From Lama glama (Eukaryota): a DNA stretch of 64,000 nucleotides. Below the pieces are notes generated by a model that saw nothing but the letters and a program-made list of their open reading frames with translations, was not told the DNA's origin and made no database searches. The position numbers and the translations under genes were made by a program. The stretch spans positions 22,198,001 to 22,262,000 of the forward strand of contig CM052816.1 in NCBI GenBank assembly GCA_028534125.1. The letters run 5' to 3'. This document shows, in pieces, positions 13,537 to 26,920 of the stretch (position 1 is its first letter; each line of letters begins with the position of its first letter).

Positions 13537-15519
13537 GTAAGGCATTGGCGTATGTGTTACAGAGTGGCACTGAGAGTGATATATTTTGTTTATTGACCAT
13601 CTGCCATTTCTTAGGCACTGTACTAACTGCTTTACAGATGTCAATTTTGAGTAATTGTTTAGAAGAATAACCTTTAAAGGTAGGTAGTATTGGCCTGCCT
13701 ATTGCACGTGAAGAAACTGAAGCTCGAACAGTTAGGTAATGCGTCCAGGATTACATCGTTTGCTGGTATTTGAACTTAAGTTCTGTATTACTTTTTTGAG
13801 TACACGAATAGTTCTGTATTATTATTGTTACTTAAAATATCATCTAATTTAAATATAAATAAATTGCTGATCTTCGCAGAAGTTATCACAGAGGATAAAT
13901 GCTTTCATCTGGTTTCTAACCAAATGTGTCAATTATTAGTGTGTATGTCTTTTATTAAATATTTTTTAAAGTTCTATTTCTAAGTTCTACTTCATTCTAC
14001 TAAAATATATTTTTATTGTCTCAAGTCATGGTATTGCTGCTTATTTGTATGTAAGTTCTTTAAAAGAATTTAGAAAGTGCAAATTTAAGGATGTTCCATC
14101 TTTAATAAATATGAGAAGTATTATTTGCATTCAGTATTAACCTGATCTTCTAAGAATGCTTTTTAAAATTCATTTTATATAACAACCAATGTTTACTCAA
14201 ATTATGTAAAACTTAAAGTATGTTGTCAAGCTGTTCCCAGTATTTTTTTTAATTTTTAGCATAAGTGGACATTAGGATGTTAATTTTTGGTCTGATTTTC
14301 TCTTGGGCTTCAGTACCTAAGAGCTACCAGGGCAGACACAATTCTTGTGGCTTAAAAGAAATATAGTCTATTAAGGGAACAAAGATATTTGATTCTTTAA
14401 AAATTAAAGATGAAGCTTTTATAACCAAACAGAATATCAATGTTTGTCAGGATTGGTGTTTTGTTTAAATCACTGTTCAGGAGTCTTTTTTTTTTTTTTT
14501 TAAAGTAGTTGATCTGATGGTTGCTCTAATTTAGAAATTCTCAAAATATGGAGGAAGTGGGTGTGTCAGATCTCTTCCTTACCCATCCCATTTCTGCCTG
14601 TGAGGATCACTGCATGTAATGAGAGATGTCATTGCCCAATAGTGTAGAAGCAGAAAACAGTGAGAACCAGGGACCAAAGCAGGCCTCGAGAAGGATTGGT
14701 CGGTTTATTTGTTTGTTTTAAGTTTTTTGTTGTATGTCCCTGTACAGTGGCTGTACCACTCCCTGTTGTCTTACATGGATATCCATCTACTCATATATTG
14801 TAGTACCTGGTTCCTGAAGACAGTGAATTTGTGAGCTTGCCAGACCAGTTGATAATATTCTAAGTACTAGCTATGCTTCACAAATGAGCAAAGAAGAAAG
14901 AAACTGAGAAGGAAATTAACAGACTTGGCTGTTTTCTTGGGAATGGCCTAGGCTAGGGTAGAATACAGTATAGGGGAAAATAAAACATTTATAATTAGAT
15001 TGGACTGAACTTTCCTGAATCAGTTTTATTTGTCTGCCAGTACTGAAATGATTAGCTTAAAAATGAACTTAAAAATGAAATTATAAATCTTTGTTTCCTG
15101 TAATTACATTCTCTCACTTAAATGAGTGGCTCAAAAATCCTTTTTAAAAATGTTCAAAAGTTTTGCCCCTTAATTTAAGCTTTCCTTTCCTAAAAACTTT
15201 GAATTCAAAGTTAATAGTAAATGTTTTCCCTTAAGCTTCTTTTTGACGTTAGCCTCTTTAATTAAGCAATTAAAAATATAACTGGTCTAAAAGCATACTC
15301 TTTATCACTGTGGAGTTTTTAGCCTTCAGTACATACCATAATTCATTTTACCACACTGTATTCCATGAAAGTCATTTTACTGTTAAGCTACCATTTTTTT
15401 CTAGTAAAATTTTCCTGTTCTATTCTGTCTCCATAGTTTCTCTGACTCCCAACTGTTGTCTTTTTTCTGTGCTTTCCTATTCAAACACACGCTTCAATGT
15501 TTGTGGCTCTTGCTTACAG

Positions 15520-15543
15520 GAAGAAGAGGTGGCGGAGTCTGGG
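15520..15543 (+). CDS. RAPGEF6: RAPGEF6 24-nt cassette microexon adding KKRWRSLG
   Basis: ttacag|GAAGAAGAGGTGGCGGAGTCTGGG|gtaagt; phase 2-2 and frame preserving; matches the basic insert known in RAPGEF6/RAPGEF2. Confidence 0.9.
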
Positions 15544-18500
15544 GTAAGTGTAGAGATGAATGCAACTGGAATGAAGGTTGTGCAACTCTTAACATATACT
15601 GCATCCTTTTCATTAATGCACGCACATGAAATAGCATGCATCCTATTAACCTACATTCCTGACAAATGCCTTTTGCTAACAAGGTAGTGATAGAACTAGC
15701 TTCTTTTTTCCTTTACTTTTCCATTATTGAATGTCCCATACGTCCCTTTTAGATTTTAGTTTAGCAGAGTCAATTAGATGATAACCATGATGATAGCATA
15801 TATTCGTTTTGTGCTTGCCGTGTGCTATATACTGCTCCAAGCACTTTATATGAATTATTTAATTCTTCAACAACCCTGTGGGATAGATATTGTTATTCCC
15901 ATGGTACAGATAGCTATGCAAGATAGAGTTATCCAAATTCTTAGTGCTCACTAATGGTGGATTCTGAGTCACAAATGGTGGTAGTTGATTCCAGAGTCCA
16001 CATCCTTTTCTTCAATTCAGATGCCATATTTTATAAAAATAAATATTTAACTGTATTAAATGGATATAAGGTTTATAAAGTTACGTTTTTAATGACTTTT
16101 CCAAAAGGGGCCAGCCTTTAACCAAACTGTGCTATAAAATTGAGTTAGTAAATAATTGAAATAGAAGATAATTTTAGTTCCTCAGATCCACTAATACCAT
16201 GAGATGCACAGCATTGATTGAACTTTAAATTCCTACCATTTTTAATTAGACTCCCTTATCTCTCTTAAAACTGTAATAGGATCAGAAGATGACACCTTTT
16301 GTTGTTCAGGTAGGTTAGATCTCTGCTTATACAAAGCTAGATATCTATTTAGAATCATAAAATGTTTAGGATCTCATAAGTCATCTATCTAGTTTTTTCA
16401 TTTTTAGACGACGAAAAAGATGGTTTTTATGGGTGAAGGGATTATACAAGAATTTTTTTATTTTAAGACTGTAGTGAATCATGAAGTTAGATGCTTTTAT
16501 TACATGTAAGAAAGATTTTTTTATGAGCCACTTACTTTCATTTGTCTTGTCTTTTTTGTGGTCTTGTTTTCTGTTGAAGCTTGGTGAACTTGAATTTCCT
16601 TCCACTTTCTTCCTCCCTTTGTGTGTTTCTCATTTGTTTTCTTCTACAGTACATTTATGTCTTGGTCTTTTCTGGTACTTCTCATTGGAAGCATAAATTG
16701 ATTCCTGGCATTACTATTATTAAGAATACTTGGACAGTATACCTTAGTGGGGATTTGAGATGTTTGAATGACTTACATAAAACATTCTTTGTTTATTCAG
16801 CTTTTGGGTTGCATTGTATGATGCTTGCAGACACTAGGTATTTTTGGTTTTACATCACAGCATTTTGGAAGTAGCTTAGAAGACATTTTACTGTCATTTA
16901 TCACAATGTTTTCATTTAATAAAATTTTGTGTGTATCCTAAGTTTCTGGACACTTTTATATTAACTTAGATGAAATTATTAAATATTTCTATTAATATTT
17001 GCTCCTAAATGTTGGAACTTGGTTTTACTGCTTTTCTTTGAATCCTAAGACATCATCAGTTGTTGGGCACACTATTGTTTTATGTACCACTAAGAAAAAT
17101 CTTAACACGGAGAATTTTTTGCTTTATATTTATTGAAGGAGCTCTTATGTAAACTTAGGTGTGTATTTTTATCACACAACACCTTTCTGCATTCATGAAA
17201 AAGAACATATAAGCAAATTAAATTTGTTAGATCTTTCTGAAACTTCATTTTCAGAATATGAATCTTCAGAATCACTTTTAGAGTTACTAGTTACGGAGTC
17301 CCCCCTCACCCCACAGTATTGCCTTTTATGCCATTAAGTATGTCAGTAATGCAGCATTTCTTAAAACAAGCTATTAAAGAGCTTAAAGCTGCTGGTGCTG
17401 GCCTCTTAGCCTGGCTTTGCAGATGTTTAAGGCTAGCCTATTTTTGATACCTGCTTTGGCAATGTTGCTGAACGTGTCAGATTCACTACCTCCTTGTAAT
17501 CATCATTTGGTTCCTGGAGATGAAAGGAATCATTCACTTTATGCCATTGGAATTTCTTCCAAACCATTTTGCAAGTTTTGAAGTTTCTGCATGTTTAAGT
17601 AGTGGCAACCATGTTACAGTTCTATCTGACCAGTAGCAATTGAAAATTGCCATCACATGTAAGACACACTCTATTTTAAAACTGTGAAAGAAGAAAATTA
17701 TAATACTTTTTACAGTTTTGTTTCACTTAATTTATGATGAAAACATTAGGATTTTGGTGTCTGTTTTAAACTGGGTGTTTGAGCCTGGAAAAACAAATTG
17801 TTTTATGTTTGTGATAGACCATTCAGAATTTAATATTACTATTTAGTATTAGTATTTAGGATATTTTTAATATTTATAGTAGTACTTAGAATATCTGTGG
17901 GTTAAGTGGGACGCTAACTTAAAAAACCCATAGGTACATTTATTATTTTGAAATGGCAACTGCCTTTAAAATAAAAAGAATCCACGACCCTTGTGTTTGC
18001 TAGCCTTTTTACAACAGACAGCATTGCATTTCCTATCTTCTGGTGATTCCAGATGTAGTCTCTGTAGAAGAAGAAGGTTTGCCAAAAAGAGTAGCACTGG
18101 GTGTGAAGCTATAGCTTATTTGAATTGTGGTTATTCCTACCCAGTTTGTAGTTCCATCATTTTTAAAGGCATTGCAAAAGAAGGATTCCATATCCCCAGT
18201 CCTAGAACACACTTATTGCCTAACCATTTCGTATGTTAGTGGAAGCACTGAATAGCTTTTTACTGCATTTCTGATTTCTGACTACATGGAATTGAGTATA
18301 AACACTGTTATTTTTCTTGCTGGTTGTTTTCTTTGAATTTTGGCCAAACTCTGGTTACTGGCAAAATTGGTGAGCACGCTCAGAGTGGGCCTGCTGTAGA
18401 AGAAATGATGATGATGATGATAGCATCCAAAGCAGTGCAGACAAGCAAAGCTGCTCTAGAAACTCCCTTGCTGAAGAACCCTGGTGGAGATACCTGGCTG

Positions 18501-18867
18501 AGGATGGACTTGTCCTGACCCAGGCTCTTGCCATATCTTCAGAGTGATGTCCACAGGGCCAAAGGAATGCTTTTACTTGTCACAATTGTGCCATGGGTTA
18601 CAAAGGCCCCAAACACAGGTCTGATGGAATTTGTTGCTTTGGGAGGAATAGTTAACTTATTCTTTTGAATTCTGTCCTTTGCTGAATCCTAAAACTCAGA
18701 ACATTGCCATGTGTGCCATATTACTTTGCATTAATGCTCTTCATCTTTTAACTCATTTGCATCAGCATGCAATCGCATTAACAGAATAGAGTTCTTTTAA
18801 TCTTCAGTCTGTCTTGCTTAATACTCATCTTTACAGCCCCATTATTGTGATCTCCATCTTCTTACAG

Positions 18868-19088
18868 GTCACTGAGTCAAGGCAGCACGAATTCCAATAT
18901 GTTGGATGTTCAGGGAACTGGTCACAAAAAAAGGGCACGACGTAGCTCTCTGCTTAATGCCAAGAAGCTATATGAGGATGCCCAAATGGCAAGGAAAGTG
19001 AAGCAGTATCTTTCCAGTCTGGCTGTAGAGACGGATGAGGAAAAGTTCCAGAAGATGTCATTGCAGTGGGAGCCTGCATATGGTACCT
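18868..19088 (+). CDS. RAPGEF6: RAPGEF6 coding exon
   Basis: Acceptor ttacag|[49 protein letters not shown]...WEPAYGT; donor T|gtaagt. Confidence 0.95.
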
Positions 19089-20819
19089 GTAAGTACAAAT
19101 TTTCACTTATGTGACAGTAAATAGCACAACAAAATAGAAATTTATTTCTCTAGGATTATGCTTGAGTCCCAAGAAAATTAACTTTGACTCACAAAAGGTT
19201 ACTGACATACCCCGAGCATCATGTGATTCTGTTAATTGGATTCTAAATTCTTATCCATTCCTAATGATTACCCTGTGCAAGAAATGGAGGGATAAATATA
19301 TAGTTCTTTAAAAAGTGTTATAAAGGCTTTATAAAAACTAGAACATTATAGAGGAGTCCTTTTGTTTGAGAACATTCATATCTTCATCCTTAAGTGAAGC
19401 ATAAAAATAAGTGGAATTTTTGCGTTTTTAAAACATTTTACAAAAAATACCATTTACCAACTGAAAAATACAGTAAATTTATTAAACACTGTAGATATAG
19501 TAGATGTATTAGAGGTATCAGTAAATAAGATAAAACAAGAAGACTCAATCATATTCTGGCACTGTTAATATATAGAAAATATTATGGACAAAATAGAGTC
19601 TCTTCTCAATACTGGTTTTTTAAATTAAGTACAAACAACAGAATGCATGTATCTTTTGGTCAAGGAGATCATGAGTTTTAAAAGCAGAAATCGAAGATGG
19701 TAAAATATACACTGTTTGTTATAACAACAAAATAAAGACGATTGTGCTTATATTAAATTACAAGTGAATGTTATATATGTACATGTATATATGATTTAAT
19801 GTTAGGCCAGTAAAAGTCCCAATGGGATGCAAAGAACTCAAATAAATGCTGACAGAATATAGGTGGAGAAGGTTCAAATTTTCTGTATTCCTAATTGATA
19901 GGGGAAAATGGTAGTCACGATGGGTTGACTCTGAGATTGGTAGATGGTATAGTATTTGCATAGTAATCGAAAAATATGTCAAGAGAGTAGAAGACAGAAA
20001 GTGGAAATACAACCAAATATTGGTTTAAAAATTCAGATACTACAGTGAATTTTAAAACACAGGATAATGAGCCATTTGGTAAATAAGTTTTTATGAAAGC
20101 AGTATCTTAAATAATTCTACCAATAGGAAAAGGAATGGAGTGTGATGGAAGAAGCACCTACTCAGGAGTGCAGACAGAGTTTTAGTCTTATTTATTACCA
20201 TTTGTACAAGTTTCTCTTCATCCTAGATCTTTTTTGCTTTCCCAAATATAAAGCTCAAGCAATAACTGGTACTCTGTTTTATCTTGGATTCTTTGTACAT
20301 CAACCTGTTAAATTAGGAGAAAGAAATAAAATGATAAAAGCTAACAATTATTGACTACCTATTAAGCATCAGTTTTCTATCAGTCACTGGGCACATAGGG
20401 ATATAGTAGTGAACAAGATGTACGGTCCTTACTGCCATGTTAGTTATAGCCTTGTGGGACAAAGAGACATTAATTACACACATAATTGTACTGTTACAGT
20501 TATCAGTGCTGTGAAGGAAAGATGCAGGATGCCTTGAGAACGTGAAACAGGATCTGATCTAATGGCTGCAGAGTGTGGGTTCTTAGGGAAGCTAGATTAT
20601 ACAGGGCCTAATAGGCCTTGTTTTAGGCCTCTTTATCCTGAGAGCAGAGGCAAGTCATGTAAAAGTATGTGCAGGGCATTTGGAGAAGGAAAGTGGCATG
20701 ATCAGATTTTCATGATGGAAGAGAGTCATCGTGCTGTTGGATGGAAAATGGCTTAAAGGCATACTAGAATTGATATAGTGAGGGGAGTGTTTCAGTAATA
20801 CAGATGAAAGGATGTTAGC

Positions 20820-21445
20820 TCTATGGGTCCCAAGCACTTCAGGGCTTTGGTGCAGACATGTCCAAGTTCAAGAATCACACCACAGACCACAGCCACTCTC
20901 ATACATGGCACAGAAATGGCATCAAGAAGCCCTGATCACAAAGAAGTGAATTTCTGAAGGGGGTGGACCCCAAGTTACTGAGGACCATTAGCTTTGCCAA
21001 AACACACAAGAAGAAGTGCCTGAAGAACACACAGGCCAACAACACCAAGCCCAATGTGTACACATGCCAAACCTACAGGCCCTTGTAAAGCCCAAGGAGG
21101 TCAAGGTCAGATCTCAAAGGGCAGCAGCCACAAACTCAGTCGACTTGGCTATATCGCTTACCCCAGGCTCAGGGAAGTGTGCTCATTCCCACATCACCAA
21201 GGATCTCAGGCTCTGCTGGCCAAAGGTCAAGGCCAAGGTTCAAATAAATGCCAGGCTGCTGCTCTGCTTCTGTCTCTGGCTCCCAAAGGTGGCCTCAGCC
21301 CCCATGGAGTCTCCTTTGGCTGCCAGTGTGAAGATAAAAGGACTAGGGTGACCCCTCGGCTATCTGCATGGATGAGGCTGGTGTCATCCTGGGTTATTTG
21401 TACAAATAAACCTGAGATGGGCTCTGTCCCCCCCCCCCCGCAAAA
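20820..21445 (+). pseudogene. RPL29: RPL29 processed pseudogene
   Basis: ATG at 20858 gives MSKFKNHTT...[22 protein letters not shown]; later frames give ALVKPKEVK and KLSRLGYIAYPRL; no introns, premature stop and frameshifts; AATAAA at 21405-21410. Confidence 0.93.
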
Positions 21446-21711
21446 TGGTATAGATGAGAGTATGTTAATTTGGCCTTCAGGATGATGGTGCAGATGGAGG
21501 TAATTAATTTCATTAACTTAATTTATCGAGTAAAATTAATTCTACAAAATTTTAGGGATAACTTTTTATAATACATGAAATTATTGTTAGGAAAGTTAAT
21601 CTTTTTTTGTGTTAGAAATAGGTGGTTTTAATGAACTATGTATTAGTGTCAATGCTAATAATCTTGCCTTAAAATGTGCAGAATTACCTATTTCTTACTC
21701 TGTTCTATTAG

Positions 21712-21903
21712 TGACCAAGAATTTAAGTGAGAAAAGATCACTCAAATCATCAGAAATGTCTCCAGTACCTATGAGGTCAGCTGGCCAAACAGCAAAAGCC
21801 CATTTGCATCAGCCCCACAGAGTAAGCCAGGTGCTTCAGGTGCCAGCTGTTAATTTGCACCCCATCAGGAAGAAGGGACAAGCAAAAGACCCTGCCACGT
21901 TGA
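21712..21903 (+). CDS. RAPGEF6: RAPGEF6 coding exon
   Basis: Acceptor ctattag|TG; (L)TKNLSEKRSLKSSEMSPVPMRS...KGQAKDPATL; donor A|gtgagt. Confidence 0.94.
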
Positions 21904-22849
21904 GTGAGTATTCACAATTAATACTGGAATTATTTAATTGAAATTTCCAGGGGAGTTAGAATGAAAAATAATTACAAATGTAAAAGCTTAGGAGAGTAGC
22001 TGTTGCCATTTGTGTGTAATGTAGTAATCACTCATGAATGAAAAAATGTTTCATTTTGCCTATAGATATTTGATGACAGCATACATATTTTAAATGTTGA
22101 CATTGGAATTTCTATAATCATCAATCAAAGACTTACAGCAACATATTTGGGTACCAGAGGCTTATTGCATTTACTCAGTTATGTAATGCAACCTATGAGA
22201 ATGAAGTTGCTAATTCTAAAAATGATCATACGTTGGTTTTTCATTAACTGACCACTTTTGAAAATCTAGTTTGGAAACAAGAAGAATATATAAAGTATTC
22301 TTTCCCCTCTGTCAAGGCCATGTAAACCTTATGCAAATTGCTTTTATTTGTTGTTTTAAAAGTATCTCTGTTTTAGGCAACTACATTAGTTTTGGTTCCT
22401 AGCATTATTATGTAGCCTGTGCATTATAGTAGGATATATTCAGTAGAACCTTGTGAATTTAATTTGATTTGATTTTGAGATCCAGAATTGAAAAAGAAAT
22501 GCCTCTTCCTTTGCCAGATTTTCAGTCTGGTGATATAGACACTCACACAAATAGATAACTTCAGTATATGTGATATGTTTGCCGTCATGCCAGAAGTACA
22601 TACCGAACATATAAAATAACAAAAGACAGAGAATTTTTAGGGCAGGCAGAGGTAAGGCAGTGCTTCAGTGGAGGCTTTTTGGAGAAAACAGCTAAACAGA
22701 GTCTTTAAAATCGATTAGGAGGTAATTAGGCAAAAATTCCAGAAATGTTGCTTCAGGCAGAGGAAAAGTTTGATATCTGCAAGGAGCTGCAGATAGCTTG
22801 CTACCTCTAAGTACAAGGCTGCAGGAAGATGTTGAGAGACAGTAATAAT

Positions 22850-23070
22850 GAAAGCTAGCACTTACAGAGCACTTACTGAATGTCAGACACAGTGCTTTAC
22901 TAACTTTATATATTCTGTTCGTGTAATCTTCATAATCTGTAGGCTAGGTAATACTGTCATTCTCTAGAGCAAGCAGAGAGTCTAAGTAACTTACACACCG
23001 TCAGTAAGTGATGGGGAGTTGAGCCCAAGTTAACTGGCTCAAAGTCCGTGCTTTTAACACTGTACTAAAC
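22850..23070 (-). mobile_element. MIR SINE (degenerate)
   Basis: gagcacttactgaatgtcagacacagtgcttta...aagtaacttac...gtgcttttaacactgtac, typical antisense MIR; boundaries approximate. Confidence 0.6.
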
Positions 23071-24338
23071 AGCCTCTCAAGATGAAGAGAAGTGAAGTCA
23101 TAGACATGCTAAGATTATAACATGACATGCTAAAGGAAACTAGTCCGTGGTTAGCTCTTAAAGCAGTTTGAGCAAGGGAAGGGTATGGTCCATAAGTTTA
23201 TGTTGAAGGAGGTCTGTCGTGGGAAGGGCTTTGAGGCTGGAGATGGGGAGCCTGAGTAGAAAGCTGACGTAACAAAAGGAAGTTGCCCAGAGCCTGATCT
23301 AGTTTTGTGGCTGTGGAAATGAAGAGAGAATTGGATGCAAAATCAGTGAAGTTGATCCTTGTGAGATTTGGGATAAGTCTAGCTCTCGTTTCTTTCTTGG
23401 TTGTCGTCACTCGGGAGGCAGTATTATTTGTACTAGGTAGCCCTCTTCCTTCTTGTTGTAATATGGCTGTTATTTATATGATAAATATATTTAGATGAAA
23501 ATGGCACTTAAATACGAGTAGTGTGAGTGTATTGTGATTTACATTTTTTTGGTGTCAGGGGCTTCTTGTCATTGTGCTGAATACTCATCAGAGTTGGGCT
23601 TACCTTACTAGTTAAGAGCAGTACCTCTTTGACATTTCTTAGAGAATATGTGTGTGAATACCAGTGTATTTGAAGCCGTTGTGACGTTTGACCTATGCTG
23701 AAAAGGACCAGCTGTTGGACAAGAGTAGTGGTAGAACTTTGCAGCAGTGTTTCCTCTGGGCTCCATACTATTTTCCTATAAATTCATGATTTTTTTCTGT
23801 TGTCTACTTCTCTCCTGTAGTGTGAATTTAGTGCTCTTTAAAAGGGCTGGACTGGCAGCCCTGCAGCCTCTTCTGTGCACCCACAGCACAGATGCAGCAC
23901 AGGTAGTGACAGTGCCAACATCCCCACACTGCGCTTACCACATGCCTCACCCTGACTTGGAGAGGCCACCTCTAGTGGGGAGAGAAGAGTTTGAATCCTT
24001 ACCTTGTCTATTAAGACTTCCAACAAGTGTGTCAATCGTGGGAGGTGGGACACTATACTCAGCCTGTTAAATCAGTATCCCTTGTGCCACAAAACAAACA
24101 CAGACAAAAAAGAACTGTTATAATGTGGTCTGCGCTAACTGGCTGAATTTGAACAACTAACCTAGAGGTGAGAATCTCTGTATGCCATTACCCATTTAGT
24201 CCCCGTTTGTCATTCACATGTTTGAGTTGACTACACTGGCCATTGTGCGTCATGGCTTTAGTTACGTAGTAATTTAGGCGCTGCAGACATTTTAACTGTG
24301 AAGTGATACTTAACTTGTTTCTTTGATTTTACTTTTAG

Positions 24339-24473
24339 GTACAGGTTTACCTCAGAAACTTTCAGGAGCAACTGAAGAATTAAGTGGTAAGAAACATACA
24401 GAAGACACTATTTCTGTGGCATCATCCTTACATTCTAGCCCTCCTGCGTCTCCTCAAGGTTCCCCTCGCAAAG
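24339..24473 (+). CDS. RAPGEF6: RAPGEF6 coding exon
   Basis: Acceptor ttttag|GT; (S)TGLPQKLSGATEELSGKKHTEDTISVASSLHSSPPASPQGSPRK; donor G|gtaaga. Confidence 0.94.
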
Positions 24474-26920
24474 GTAAGATAAAACAGTTCAAGCTAGTTC
24501 TTGTTACCAGACAGTAGTTTGTGGCACATATTTTGTTTTCCGTCTATAGTAATAATAGAAAGTGAAGAAAAGTGTAACTCCTAATTCTTTTTAAATTTTC
24601 CGATTTGGGGCTGAGTTATTCAGATGCTTTCCAGGTATCATGCATCCTGTAGCTAGGACTCCTGCAGTGTATGGTTCTGGAGTGATAGAAGACAGATGTA
24701 GATAAGAATGAAGACAGAAGTCACAGTTGTTTTCTGTGCAGATTGTTGGTGGTGGTACTCAAATTACCAATTAATTAAAACATTTCTGTGGAACATTTAA
24801 GAATAAGAATTTCTTCAAGAAATTGTTTTTAACCAACTACAGGATTTGGGAAATGAAGCAAATATTGAAGATGATGCATTCCTTTCTTTTTATTAGTATT
24901 TAAAATAAGCTGTATCCTTGTGGATTTTTACATTTATAGTTATGTAGAACTCTTGAGTTAAAAAAATCTGAAATTGCTTATTTATTAATACTTCAAGCTG
25001 AAGTTCCTCTTTTTTTGACTAGCCTACCGTGGCTAGTGTGCATAGAGATGCCATTTCATGTCAGCTGCACATGTAGCATTCTAAATGTGTGTATTTCTTA
25101 CATTGGCACCTTCACATTCTCTGTATCCTGGCGAAAAAGGCTCCTGGGTCCTGGTATTACCTTCACAAATGTAAACGAATTACATTTTTGAATAATCACA
25201 GTACAGAATGGTACGTGGTCAGAGAAAAGACAAGCCTATGGATTCTAGTAGGAAGTAGAAGCTTCCAGAGCCCTCAATTCCTGTGTTCTAAGTTTCACCT
25301 CAGTTTTGAGGGCTCTTTTATTTTTGCCATCTACATGGTGGCAATGTGGTACAGTGATACCAACAAAACTGAGTGTGAATCCTGACTGTCCTCCACAATA
25401 GCAAGTAACTGATTTGTAAGGTTAGGTTTCCTGTCTACAAGATGGGAAAGAGACCACATATGGGGGGGGGGCCTTATTTAAGTATTAAATGAAGTGTATA
25501 AATTCCTGATACATGGTAAGTGTTCAGTAAACTGAAGTTTCTCTTCTCTTTCCTTACTTCCATCCCAGGGCAACATAGCTCCATTACTGACCTTTACATA
25601 GCTGAGACTGGCTAGAATTTTCATTCAGATTTTACTAAGAAAAGATTAGTAAAAAGTCAAATAGGAAATAAACATAATAGGTGTGTTTATAAAACACAGG
25701 TTTCTGATCCTTTTGTAGGTAGCTCATATATGAATTGGGAAGGCATATGGATCTCTTTCCTTTTTTTACTGTGTGATCCTGTCCAAAGTACCCCTTAACA
25801 GATTCCAAGGAGTGGGGCTGGGAACGGTGCCTGCTCACACAGATGGTCCAGGTGAACAATACCCGTATGATCTTAATGCTCTTTCAGGAGCATCCTTACA
25901 CCCTCTACCCCTTTTGGAAGCTGTTCAGAAGTCCCACATAGATAGTTCTCTAACCAGGAAACTAGTTGAATTGGATTTGGTGTTTAATGCCTGAATGTAA
26001 CTTGTGGGAAGAGATGTTAGGAACAGGAATTTCCCCCTTGCTCTTATTCCCAAAAGAAATCTATTTTAACAAGTGGAATAGAAAAGTCCTCTCTATGGTA
26101 TGTCTTTCAGTGTGTGGCTAGCAATTGACCATGATGTTTATGGATTTGTGAGCCTGTCACAGTCGTTTTTAGAATCCTTAGAAATATGAAGAAATTATTT
26201 TCTTCAAAACTGCTTCCAGTTATGTATTTCCATAGATAGGTTTTTTCCAGTGGTCTGAACAAAAATGTCATTAAACTAAAAGTATGTTATTAGAATCTGC
26301 TCCTAGTTCTCACTATACTTGAAAAAGTTCTTTGTTTTCTAACAATGAACAAAATAAGCCTGTGTTGATGATTTTTTGAAGAACTTAGACAAGAAAGAAC
26401 TTTAAAAAATGAGACGTAAAGAGGCCTTAACCTTTATCTTCCCCAGTGCTTAAGGAAGGCAATCTGTCCACCTTGGAGATAAAACAGGACCAGAAATTGT
26501 GCTTTATAAATATGTCTATTGTATATTCTATTTATATGTCCCATCTGATTTTTGTTAAACTTTTTCTTAGTAGACCCTGCCTGAAAATTCTAGACGTAGT
26601 TACTTTTAGAAATAATTCTGGTTATCTGATACTCTTGTCATATTTTGGCTTATGATTTTACCAGCTTGGCTAACTTAAACAATTTTTATTACTAGCGTAT
26701 TCTAATCAAGGTAACCTTTCTCCTGTGATCTGTCTTATTTATGCTGTGTTTATGCTATAGAGTCTCTATGCATTAAAAACTGCTGCTAGATTTCAATTAT
26801 TTAGATATTGTCAAGATGTTAGAATTTTTTAATAGTAAAATGTTATATAAGCCAGGCTAATTATGACTAATTGGAAAGAATTAATTGACCATGACAGGGT
26901 TTTTGCATCTCTCCCTCCAG

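Noticed and set aside
18374..18546. Coding-looking frame ARSEWACCRRNDDDDDSIQ...ISSE and ORF 18324..18518
   Set aside because: The acidic/Met run comes from an (ATG)5 microsatellite; the frame is closed by an upstream TGA and I found no convincing splice sites linking it to RAPGEF6
21016..21485. ORFs of 111 and 143 aa as new genes
   Set aside because: They are frameshifted pieces of the RPL29 pseudogene
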